Below are positions 49,511 to 58,211 of a stretch of 64,000 bases of DNA, piece by piece (position 1 is the first letter of the stretch; the number at the start of each line of letters is the position of its first letter). The translations under genes and the position numbers were made by a program. The DNA is from a plasmid, in sequence record NZ_CP104760.1; one strand, 5' to 3'. The notes beneath the pieces are model-generated. The model was not told the DNA's origin. It did not search any database and was given only the letters and a program-made list of their open reading frames with translations.

Positions 49511-50836
49511 TTAATACTGAAATGAATTAACGGATTGTTGATGATCCTGTTCGTGCTGCTCCGGCTGCTGTGTACGCCAGTGGATCACGCCAGGGGTGGT
49601 GGTCAGCTCGAAGGGCGCTTCCGGGTGCGCGCGATTGAGAATGCGGGCGGCACGCCAGGCCATCAGGCTGAGCTGGGGTTCAGCAATGCCAAGGCGCTGC
49701 ATCCCGGCATTGACGGCAAAAAGGCAATTACTTTCCGGCCCGTCCCAGTTAAGGGTGAAATCAGTGTTGATCTGGAAATTTTCGTCGCGGTCCAGCGGCA
49801 GGCGGTGCGCGACTGGCGCCAGGAAGGCTGGGCGCACAGCGCGGTAGCCGGTAGCAAAAATCACCACATCCGTTATCAGCTCCTCTTCTCCGCTGTCGAG
49901 GTGATGACGCAGCCCCAGCCGCTGCGCATCCTGTTCCTGCTGAAGAGAGATAACCGAACGTGACGGCATCAGACGCGCCCACGGCTGCTCGCGCAGCACT
50001 TCAAACCGGTGATACATCGCCCGATAGATGGCGAGAAGCGACTCGCTGGTAATGCCGTCTGACGTCATCTTCTGTTCGTTCAACATCTGCTGACGTGCGC
50101 TTTCGTCCAGAGTCGAGAAGCTTTCCAGATATTCCGGCGTGAAATACTCATTGGCAAAGGCGGCTTCATCCAGCGCGTTGTAGTTGTTGCGGCGCGATAC
50201 CCAGTTCAGTGAGGCGGGCTGGCCCCACTCGCCGCGGAAGATATTGAGGAAAAGATCGGCTCCGCTCTGTCCTCCGCCGACAAGAGTGACGCGCTTATTT
50301 CTCAGGTCTGGCTTGCGCAGCATCATCTCGCTGGCGTGGAAGCAGCGATCGCTCTGTTCAGTGACGCACGCTGGCAGACTGGCCTGTTTGCCAATGCCAA
50401 GGCATATATGTCGCGCCTGAAAACGGTCGTGGGCGGTTTCGACCGTGAACAGCCGGGTCACGTCGTTAAAACTTACGCGCGTTACCGGCTGGTTAAATGC
50501 CAGATTGCTGAGACGCTTCGCCACCCAGGCAAGGTAATCCGCAAACTCCTCTCTGGACACCGTACGCTGTTCAGTGGTCAAGAAGCGGTAGAATTTTTTC
50601 CGCTGTACCAGATAGTTAACAAAGCTATAGCGGTTCGTCGGCTCAACTGCGCTCACCAGATCTTTGAGAAAGCAGGTTTGCATCGCGCAGTCTGGCACCA
50701 TCATGCCCGGATGCCAGGCGAAGTGGGGCTTACGCTCAAGAAACAGCGAGCTAAAACCTTCCAGTCCTTCAGCCAGAGCGGCAACGCTGAGGTTGAACGG
50801 TCCGATGCCGATGCCAATGAAATCATATACCTTCAT
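49511..50836 (-). CDS. iucD: L-lysine N6-monooxygenase
   Basis: 441 aa. FAD motif DFIGIGIGPFNLS. HPGMMVPDC. QKMTSDGIT. Collinear with E. coli IucD. Confidence 0.9.
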   Translation of the reverse strand: MKVYDFIGIGIGPFNLSVAALAEGLEGFSSLFLERKPHFAWHPGMMVPDCAMQTCFLKDLVSAVEPTNRYSFVNYLVQRKKFYRFLTTEQRTVSREEFADYLAWVAKRLSNLAFNQPVTRVSFNDVTRLFTVETAHDRFQARHICLGIGKQASLPACVTEQSDRCFHASEMMLRKPDLRNKRVTLVGGGQSGADLFLNIFRGEWGQPASLNWVSRRNNYNALDEAAFANEYFTPEYLESFSTLDESARQQMLNEQKMTSDGITSESLLAIYRAMYHRFEVLREQPWARLMPSRSVISLQQEQDAQRLGLRHHLDSGEEELITDVVIFATGYRAVRPAFLAPVAHRLPLDRDENFQINTDFTLNWDGPESNCLFAVNAGMQRLGIAEPQLSLMAWRAARILNRAHPEAPFELTTTPGVIHWRTQQPEQHEQDHQQSVNSFQY

Positions 50837-52560
50837 TTTGCAGACTCCTGGGTGACCAGATAGAGAGGGTTATCAAGATCGGTGAGATAGTCAGGCAGCA
50901 TTCGGCTGCCGCCGTCATGCTCTGAGAAAGTCAGCTTTACCGGATTGAGGATGACGCGGATGATCTGTGGCCTGAACAGGTCAAACATAGCGAAGCGCTC
51001 GGCCATCTCCGGGTGTTGCGCCATGTACTGCTGAACCGTGCTGGCGAGCAGGCGGTAGAAATGGGGTTCGTCGATGCCCGACTGCAGCGTGAGACGAGAG
51101 ATAAAGCGCAGCACGGTGACAAAATGTCCGGTCTGCAGGTCGTGAATAAGATAGTCGGCGCTGAGGCGCGCGGTGACATCCTTAACGGCGGCGGGCAGCG
51201 ACGCCGCTTCCGGAAAATCTTTATCAACGAGGCGCATATCGCCCTGAAAATCCTTGAGCAGAATGCGCTGCGGTATAGCGTCCTTCATCACCAGCGTGAC
51301 GTTCTGACCATGCGCAATAAGCGCCACGCCGTAGCGACACATCAGGTGATAGAAGGGGATCACGACCGCTTCAAACATCCGGCTAAGCCAGCTTGCCGCA
51401 TCCAGACCCGAGCGTTTGATCCAGGCGTCAATCAGCGGACGGCCGGCGTTATCCGTTTCCATCAGCGCCGCCATCAGCACGGCCTGCTCGCCCGGCTGCA
51501 GATAGCAGCAAGGGTTTTCGCGCCAGATAACGCCGAGCATCTCCTGGTAGCGATACGGCGCTTCAGGTAGCGCGGCATAGCCTTCGTGGGATAAATAGCC
51601 TGCGGCAGGCTCCGCCAGAATCTGGGCGCCCGTCGCGCGTAGCGTTTTATCCTGAGCGAACTGCGTCTTTAACCAGCCGGATGCCAGCGGCCCAGCGGCG
51701 ATATACTTTCCAGGGATGCCGCGATAGCAGGAGGTGTTGTAGATTGTCAGCGGCAGTTTGATATCGAACCGCGCCGGTCGGCTAACGTTGGTCAGCGTGC
51801 GCAGCGACTGCTGGGCCAGATAGTGGTCACCGAAGGCACCCAGCTCAACCATCTCTCCGCGTGCCAGATAAGGCAGAAAATGAATCGCGATTTTTTGCTG
51901 CCACTGCCAGGGGTGGACGGGCACTGCGATCCAGTTTTCGTCGAGTCCGGCTGACTGCCAGCGCTGATGAAAACGCGTTAACTCCGCGTCATTCATGGCA
52001 CTGGCGATCAAGGCAGAGATGTCGCACGCCTCATCGTGGCGCCAGATAAATTTATCCCGTCGAACCGCTATCCAGTGCAGGCGAAACCGGTTCCCATACT
52101 CCGGCGCATAGGCGCGCAGGGCATCCAGTCCCCAGCCGCGGCGGCCTTTGTTGAAGATAAACTTTGGATGCCCGCTGAGCAGGCACTGCAGCTCATCCGG
52201 ATCACGATCAATCAGATCGTCCGCGCTCAGGGAGTGGCGCGCTTCCAGCAGCTGTAAATCGCCGCGCAGCGTGGCGTAGAGATCTTCCAGATGCTCTGCC
52301 GTCTGGGCATCGCTCATCTCCAGCACGACGGCCAGCTGACGCAGCAGCGCGTCAGCGTCCATCTGCCCGCCGCGTAGAGAACCGGCATCGATGTGTAGCC
52401 AGCCCCAGATGCTGCGGCTGGCCGTAAATTCCCAGCGTGCCGCGCCAACGGCGATTTCCCAGCGTCCTGCTTTTTTTTCCACCGCGCGCAACGCCTGCTC
52501 GTACTCAAGCTCGGCGAGCATTTTGGCAATCATGTCGCGATTAACGCGTTCCCACATCAT
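50833..52560 (-). CDS. iucC: aerobactin synthase (IucA/IucC family NIS synthetase)
   Basis: 575 aa. IucA/IucC-family blocks. Position between iucB and iucD. 4-nt overlaps at both ends. Confidence 0.85.
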   Translation of the reverse strand: MMWERVNRDMIAKMLAELEYEQALRAVEKKAGRWEIAVGAARWEFTASRSIWGWLHIDAGSLRGGQMDADALLRQLAVVLEMSDAQTAEHLEDLYATLRGDLQLLEARHSLSADDLIDRDPDELQCLLSGHPKFIFNKGRRGWGLDALRAYAPEYGNRFRLHWIAVRRDKFIWRHDEACDISALIASAMNDAELTRFHQRWQSAGLDENWIAVPVHPWQWQQKIAIHFLPYLARGEMVELGAFGDHYLAQQSLRTLTNVSRPARFDIKLPLTIYNTSCYRGIPGKYIAAGPLASGWLKTQFAQDKTLRATGAQILAEPAAGYLSHEGYAALPEAPYRYQEMLGVIWRENPCCYLQPGEQAVLMAALMETDNAGRPLIDAWIKRSGLDAASWLSRMFEAVVIPFYHLMCRYGVALIAHGQNVTLVMKDAIPQRILLKDFQGDMRLVDKDFPEAASLPAAVKDVTARLSADYLIHDLQTGHFVTVLRFISRLTLQSGIDEPHFYRLLASTVQQYMAQHPEMAERFAMFDLFRPQIIRVILNPVKLTFSEHDGGSRMLPDYLTDLDNPLYLVTQESAK

Positions 52561-53507
52561 AAGCCCACCTCCGTGAAGAACCGGCTACGCTCGCTCATCA
52601 CCAGGCGGGAGCGCTTGTGTGGAAAATCGAACTCTTTAAGGGTGTGGTAACCAGCAACGGGCAGGTGCCGGAACAGACGCTGATTGTCGTAACGCGGTTC
52701 AGCGACGATGCGCTGCGTACGGGGTTCGTCGAGGAATAAACAGTGTGTCAGCCCGCGAAGCCAGCTGCGGATAAAGTGCGCGCCACGCCACGCCTCTTCG
52801 CCAACCAGCATATGCAGGCCGCGATCGTAAGGGTGCCAGCGGTAGTGGCGGCCGATGCGATCTTCCGCCGCCCAGTAAATTTCAAAATAGCCAAACGGCT
52901 CATCGTCGAAACAGCCAATCACGGGGTAGCAGTAAGAGGCGTCGAGCTGTTTGCGCAGGTAATTTTCCAGCTCCTGCTGTGGCGCCGCCATTTCCCAGAA
53001 GGCGTTGACGCGCGGCGTGTTCATCCAGCGGGTAAAGCGCGCGGCGTCCTCCGCCACGTCAGCGACGCGAAAGCTGAGCGTCCGTTTAATCTGCGGATCG
53101 TAACGTCGATATATTTCACCGTCTGGTCTTGCCGGACGCACCGGATAACAGAGCTGACGATCGTCATCGAACTGCATTTTCCCGCTGGCAACCGGCTGCT
53201 CGCCGCAGCGCCAGAGCGGCAGCTGCCAGAAGGACTCGCGTGAAAAGTAATCGCTGTTGACGGCATCGAAAAGCCTCTGCGCCTGAGGCTCATGCCGCCA
53301 CTGCGCCCAGGGGAGATGAATGCCGCTCAGGTGCGGCGCGGCGACCAGCAGCTGATCGATCGCCTCTGCAAGCCAGCCGTCCGGGAGGGCCGTTATGAAC
53401 TGCAGCGAGGCGCTATTATCCAGCCCAAGCAGTAGCGGCAAGGTCTGTCCGGTAAGCGCGCACCGGAAACCCTGATCGCCATGAACGATATTCGCCTTTG
53501 GCATCAC
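52557..53507 (-). CDS. iucB: N6-hydroxylysine O-acetyltransferase
   Basis: 316 aa. Position and size of IucB. Acyl-CoA N-acyltransferase-like C-terminal half. Confidence 0.85.
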   Translation of the reverse strand: MMPKANIVHGDQGFRCALTGQTLPLLLGLDNSASLQFITALPDGWLAEAIDQLLVAAPHLSGIHLPWAQWRHEPQAQRLFDAVNSDYFSRESFWQLPLWRCGEQPVASGKMQFDDDRQLCYPVRPARPDGEIYRRYDPQIKRTLSFRVADVAEDAARFTRWMNTPRVNAFWEMAAPQQELENYLRKQLDASYCYPVIGCFDDEPFGYFEIYWAAEDRIGRHYRWHPYDRGLHMLVGEEAWRGAHFIRSWLRGLTHCLFLDEPRTQRIVAEPRYDNQRLFRHLPVAGYHTLKEFDFPHKRSRLVMSERSRFFTEVGL

Positions 53508-55246
53508 GCCTTCTCCCTGTAAAACGGATTCTGGAAATCGAAGTAGATCACTGCCGGATCGGCAAGGGTGTTTTCATTGCGATCGTGGAGATAACAAAAG
53601 AAGTTGCCTTTGCAGTTCCAGTATCTGTTGTCGAGCACGTAATCGAGGCAGCGGGTATCGCTGACGCGGCTGCGCAACTCCGCCAGTCTGTCGCGCACCA
53701 GCGACATAAGACGCGCTTCTGTTTCAAAGCCCGCCGCGCCCAGCGCAGCGGTGACGGCCAGCGTCGAGTTAACCAGCAGGTAATAGGGGAAGTAGCGCAG
53801 AACCTGCTCGCGGCTGAAGCGATTTTCTGCATCGGCTTCGTCAATTTGAGTGAGCCAGTCGCCGGCGTTTTCAGTGAAGCCGCTTCCCTGACAGTCGCGA
53901 TAGAGCAGCCCAACCGGCAAATCCTGCTGCATTTCCACCAGGATGTTTTGCTGATGCGCCAGCAGGACCAGACCGTAATCCGCTTCTGTGCCGAACAACG
54001 GCAGCAGTACACGATCGCAGTAGGCGGTCAGCCAGCATTGCGCCGCCTGGCTTAACGTCAGCCCAAGCCGGACGCTGAGCCTTCTGACCGCCGCCGCCAG
54101 CAGGCTCTCTCCGCCGTCAGGCGCAGCCTGCGTCAGGCTGACCAGCACGTTAGTCTGCGTTTCCGGGGTATCGAAGAGGAGATTCACGCGAAACGCCATC
54201 AGGCTCTCCTCCTGAATCGCGCCATCGACCGAGCGCAGCCCGGCCCAGCCATCCTCCTGCATAACGCGCATCGCTGGATATTGCATCTGCAGCGCCTGCC
54301 AGCGTGGCGTCTGGGCCAGACGGGCAAGACGCATTCCACGTTTCACCTCTTTCACCGACAGGGTGCGCACGGAATTGGTCAGGCGCACGCTAAGCGAGAA
54401 TTTGATCATGTCGTTGCTGGAGGGGGAATAAAGCGAACGCGATGAGCTGGTGGGCAGCCAGGCGTTCCCGGCTTCCCCTAAATCGATCACCGCGCCGTTA
54501 GTCACCAGCTGCTGACACCAGCCCTGCGATAACAGATGTCGGGCCTGCCAGGGATGCATGGGGATCAGCCAGCGCGTGTCCGTAAACTGGCTCAGCAGCG
54601 CGGGCGCGCTCTGTGCGGCAAAGCGCAATAAGCGGGCGCGCAGCGATAAGCCGAGGCTTTCGCCAGCAATATACTGGCAGTCGACGGAGAGCCAGTGCAG
54701 CGGGAAGTCTGAACCGAAATCAGGCAGATAGCGGCGGGCTTCCGACGCATCGAAGGGCTCGTGCGATTTTGGGGCAGGGTGGAAGGCGTGCCCCACCAGA
54801 AGCGCCTGTTCCGCTTCAGCAAATGAGAGCGGCCTTTGTCGTAACGCAGGCCAGCGATGTCGCAGAGTGATCGCCTGCCAGGTGTTCGCATGGCTTTGCG
54901 AGACGCGCTGTTGAAACCGTTCGATGACCTCACTGTCCAGCTCGGCCCGAATAGCTGGCTTTGCCAGGATCAGGGAGAGCAGGGTTTCAAAGCTGACGGC
55001 TTTGCCCTCCGGCGACCCCGGGCTGATGAACAGGGCGGGAAACTGATAGTGATGGTGCTGAGTGGGTGAAAAATAGCGCAGAGGCAGGCACAGGGCGTGC
55101 GACGCCGAAAGCGGCAGGTAAATATGGTGCTTCTGCGCTGGCGGCGCGTCTGGAACATACTTCCAGTCACCCGTTTCCCGGAAAAGCGCATTAAGAAAAC
55201 ACTGCGCCGCCACGTCAACGCCAGCCATCTGAGAAAGAGAATCCAT
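53504..55246 (-). CDS. iucA: N2-citryl-N6-acetyl-N6-hydroxylysine synthase (IucA/IucC family)
   Basis: 580 aa. First gene of the operon. IucA/IucC-family blocks. Fur box immediately upstream. Confidence 0.85.
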   Translation of the reverse strand: MDSLSQMAGVDVAAQCFLNALFRETGDWKYVPDAPPAQKHHIYLPLSASHALCLPLRYFSPTQHHHYQFPALFISPGSPEGKAVSFETLLSLILAKPAIRAELDSEVIERFQQRVSQSHANTWQAITLRHRWPALRQRPLSFAEAEQALLVGHAFHPAPKSHEPFDASEARRYLPDFGSDFPLHWLSVDCQYIAGESLGLSLRARLLRFAAQSAPALLSQFTDTRWLIPMHPWQARHLLSQGWCQQLVTNGAVIDLGEAGNAWLPTSSSRSLYSPSSNDMIKFSLSVRLTNSVRTLSVKEVKRGMRLARLAQTPRWQALQMQYPAMRVMQEDGWAGLRSVDGAIQEESLMAFRVNLLFDTPETQTNVLVSLTQAAPDGGESLLAAAVRRLSVRLGLTLSQAAQCWLTAYCDRVLLPLFGTEADYGLVLLAHQQNILVEMQQDLPVGLLYRDCQGSGFTENAGDWLTQIDEADAENRFSREQVLRYFPYYLLVNSTLAVTAALGAAGFETEARLMSLVRDRLAELRSRVSDTRCLDYVLDNRYWNCKGNFFCYLHDRNENTLADPAVIYFDFQNPFYREKA

Positions 55247-55268
55247 TAGTCAGTCTCACTGAATAAAT

Positions 55269-55287
55269 GATAATGATTATCGTTATA
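55269..55287. promoter_or_regulatory. Fur box GATAATGATTATCGTTATA (16/19 to consensus) in iucA/shiF divergent promoter
   Basis: Compared by eye to GATAATGATAATCATTATC. On the iucA strand it overlaps a putative -10, with a TTGCCA -35-like hexamer upstream. Confidence 0.7.
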
Positions 55288-55410
55288 ATAATTATTTCAT
55301 TTACAATGGCAACTAATTTTGCAATATTTGCATACATATCATGTCAGGTATACCCCTGTTTTTAACGGTGTCTTTACATTTATGCGTCAGTTACCTCAAA
55401 ACTGCTTAAT

Positions 55411-56589
55411 ATGAAAGCGTCAGGAAAATCGAGCTGGCCTCTGGCTTTCTGTGCCGGTTTACTGGGGATTGGTCAGAATGGCTTACTGGTCGTGCTGCCC
55501 CAGCTGGTTGATATGACGGGCCTGACGCTCTCGACCTGGGCAGGCCTGTTGATGTTTGGTTCGATGTTGTTTTTGCCCGCCTCTCCGTGGTGGGGGCGCG
55601 TCTCTGAAGTGAAGGGCTGTAAGTTTGTCGTGGTGGTTTCGCTGGCAGGCTATTTGCTGAGCTTTGGCGTGATGGCGTTGATGGTATGGCTGATGGCCGA
55701 AAGAGAGGCGGGAATCTATGCAGGGCTTGCGGGCCTGATCCTTTCGCGCGTGATTTATGGCCTGACCGTCTCGGGTATGGTCCCCGCCGCGCAAACCTGG
55801 GCAATGCAGCGCGCGGGAACGGATAAGCGTATGGCTGCGCTGGCGGTTATCAGCTCCGGCCTGAGCTGTGGAAGATTGCTGGGGCCGCCTCTGGCCGCGC
55901 TTGCTCTTGGCGTTTACCCCATGGCCCCCCTTTGGCTGATGGCCGTCGCGCCACTCTTCGCCTTGATACTTATTAGCGGCCAGTATCGCGATCCACCCCT
56001 GGCGGCTGTTCCGCATCACTCTGCGCGTTTGCATTCAGGTTTGCTGCCATGTCTGCTGCTGGCCGCGCTGCTCGCCCTGTGCATCAGCCTGATGCAGATC
56101 GGACTGACGCCCATCCTGCGGGGCATTATTGACGCGCCGGCGGCGGTCAGTCGTCACATTGCCTGGCTACTGAGCCTGGCTGCAGCCAGTACGCTGCTGG
56201 CGCAGTTTCTGATCGTAAGGCCGCAGCGGCTAGGCTTACAGCCGCTTCTTTTCACTGCGGCGCTATTGATGAGCACAGGGCTGGGCATGATGGTTATCGG
56301 CAATTTAATGTCGCTTTATGCGGGGATTGCCGTCACCTCCTTCGGCGCCGCTATGGCTACGCCTGCTTATCAGCTCCTGCTTAACCAGAAACTTTCCCTC
56401 GGCAAAGGGGCCGGCCTGATAGCTACCAGCCACACGCTTGGCTATGGCCTGAGCGCCTTGTTGATCCCCTTTATCACATGGCTATCGGGGCAGAACCACC
56501 TGCTGGCGGGCGCATGGATAGCGTCAATGCTGTTCTTTATGATGACCTGCTGGCTGGGATTAACGGCACGCGCTGAAAGCACGCGCTAA
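55411..56589 (+). CDS. shiF: MFS transporter divergent from iucA (ShiF-like)
   Basis: 392 aa, 12-TM pattern. Divergent placement relative to iucA matches the ShiF arrangement of aerobactin loci. Confidence 0.7.
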   Translation: MKASGKSSWPLAFCAGLLGIGQNGLLVVLPQLVDMTGLTLSTWAGLLMFGSMLFLPASPWWGRVSEVKGCKFVVVVSLAGYLLSFGVMALMVWLMAEREAGIYAGLAGLILSRVIYGLTVSGMVPAAQTWAMQRAGTDKRMAALAVISSGLSCGRLLGPPLAALALGVYPMAPLWLMAVAPLFALILISGQYRDPPLAAVPHHSARLHSGLLPCLLLAALLALCISLMQIGLTPILRGIIDAPAAVSRHIAWLLSLAAASTLLAQFLIVRPQRLGLQPLLFTAALLMSTGLGMMVIGNLMSLYAGIAVTSFGAAMATPAYQLLLNQKLSLGKGAGLIATSHTLGYGLSALLIPFITWLSGQNHLLAGAWIASMLFFMMTCWLGLTARAESTR

Positions 56590-56604
56590 GCGTCAGGAAA
56601 AAAT

Positions 56605-57492
56605 ATGTCCATCATTTCAGGTTACCGGTTATTCAACGTCACCCTGCAGCAAAAGAAATGGCTTTCGCCTTCCCTTGTGCGCTGCGTATTTACGGGAGAA
56701 GAGGTGAGGATGATGAAGATGGACGGACCCGATCAACGTATCAAAATTCTCTTTCCGTCGCAGAAGGGGGACGCTCCCTCGTTAACGGCACAGTCGCCCT
56801 GGCGGGAACAGCTTAAACGCCTTCCGCCAGAGCAAAGGCCCGTTCCGCGCACTTATACGCTTCGCCGCGTCAACGCAGACCCATGCCAGGCAGAGGTCGA
56901 GTTTGTTATTCACGGTACCGACGGGCCTGCTTCGGCCTGGGTCATTCGCGCCATGCCAGGCGATGCTTTGCAGATGATCGCCCCCAACCAGCAGCACAGC
57001 GGCGACAGCGGCGGATATGAATGGAAACCGCATTCCGCAGTCGAGCGCGCGCTGGTGGTTGCCGATGAGACAGCGCTGCCAGCGGTGAAGGGGATCCTCA
57101 GACAGGTGGCGAAAATGGCATCGCCGCCTGCGCTTCAGATTTTTCAGGAGGTGCCACGCTCAGAGGACCGCGTCGACTGGCGTGAATATGCGTTTGCGGA
57201 GGTATTCTGGCTGCCGCGCGACAGAACCGGGGCGACTCACGGCGCGGCGCTGCTGGCGGCGGTTAAGGCGTACGTATCTCTTCCTGACTACGCGCTCACG
57301 ACTTACCCGAACAAGACGTATGAGGACGAACAGACGATCTTATGGCATGGCGCAGAGAGCGAAAATAACCGTTTTTATGGCTGGGTGGCTGCGGAGTCAT
57401 CAGCCGTAAAACATATCCGGCGCTATCTGGTGGGTGAGCGCAAGGTTGCCAGTGAGAACGTCAGCTTTATGGCCTACTGGAGTAAAAGCTAA
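56605..57492 (+). CDS. siderophore-interacting protein (FAD-binding ferric-siderophore reductase, ViuB/YqjH-like)
   Basis: 295 aa. FAD-binding RTYTLRR motif. SIP-family layout. 15 bp downstream of the shiF-like gene. Confidence 0.7.
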   Translation: MSIISGYRLFNVTLQQKKWLSPSLVRCVFTGEEVRMMKMDGPDQRIKILFPSQKGDAPSLTAQSPWREQLKRLPPEQRPVPRTYTLRRVNADPCQAEVEFVIHGTDGPASAWVIRAMPGDALQMIAPNQQHSGDSGGYEWKPHSAVERALVVADETALPAVKGILRQVAKMASPPALQIFQEVPRSEDRVDWREYAFAEVFWLPRDRTGATHGAALLAAVKAYVSLPDYALTTYPNKTYEDEQTILWHGAESENNRFYGWVAAESSAVKHIRRYLVGERKVASENVSFMAYWSKS

Positions 57493-58140
57493 TGTCAGGC
57501 TGATAAAGCAAGGTGCCTGAGTTTCATCGCGTTTGTTGCGGCTGAGGCCCCTGCATTATCACAGGCCCAGGGAAAATGCTCAGGTGCCGCAATACGTCAA
57601 CGCCGCATGAGGCGGTTTTCAAGCCATTCCTCTCCCCTCCGCAGACCGCGCGCGATTTTATGGCTCTGCATCTGCCGCTCGCGCTTCTGGCGACAGGCGA
57701 CCTGCTGACGCGGAGGCTGGCGTCCGGCAGCGTCTTAGAGGATGACTTGCACTCTATGCTTCAGGCAGGGGAAACCTCTGACGCAGGGGCCTTTATGCGT
57801 GAACTGGCGCAGCGGGTGAGTCAAACAGTCGGTTTATTGCAGACCTCCCTCACCGTATCAGCCTGACGTTTGCGCTGTAGCGACGCTGGCACCGCCCCGG
57901 CGGCCCGAACAGTTATCAGCCCGCTCCCGTTATTCCCGCTATTGAAGCAACGGTGCGACGTAAATCATGCGGCGCGCACTTATCGATCCTGCACCTGTTC
58001 CGACGCTGGCAGAACATCTGACAGACGTATACAGGCCCGCTTTTACGATCCACTTCAAACTATCAGTAAATCATCTGAGCAATGGCAAAAATTAAGTTGC
58101 CTGTTTCATCGGCTCATCGAATGATGAGTAGAACGTTTTA

Positions 58141-58154
58141 GTAGAACGTTCTAC
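58141..58154. promoter_or_regulatory. perfect 14-bp palindrome GTAGAACGTTCTAC (LacI-family-type operator) plus upstream half-site GTAGAACGTT (58128-58137)
   Basis: Read directly, ~60 bp upstream of the PTS EIICB start. Central CG as in LacI/GalR-family operators. Confidence 0.5.
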
Positions 58155-58211
58155 CTACTCCAACAGCACTTAAAAAGTGTCTTCCAGGGCCTTGAATCGG
58201 GGAAAAACAGC

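Noticed and set aside
51013-54055. Several 150-190-aa ORFs on plus strand (51013-51570, 52743-53243, 53498-54055) and the minus-strand ORF 53548-54012
   Set aside because: All overlap iucA/iucB/iucC in the wrong frame or strand. The iuc genes are strongly supported.
57576-58124. ORFs of 96 and 84 aa between the SIP gene and the PTS gene
   Set aside because: No RBS. Second ORF has Arg/Ser/Cys-biased composition. Treated as gene remnant/non-coding (see finding) rather than as CDS features.
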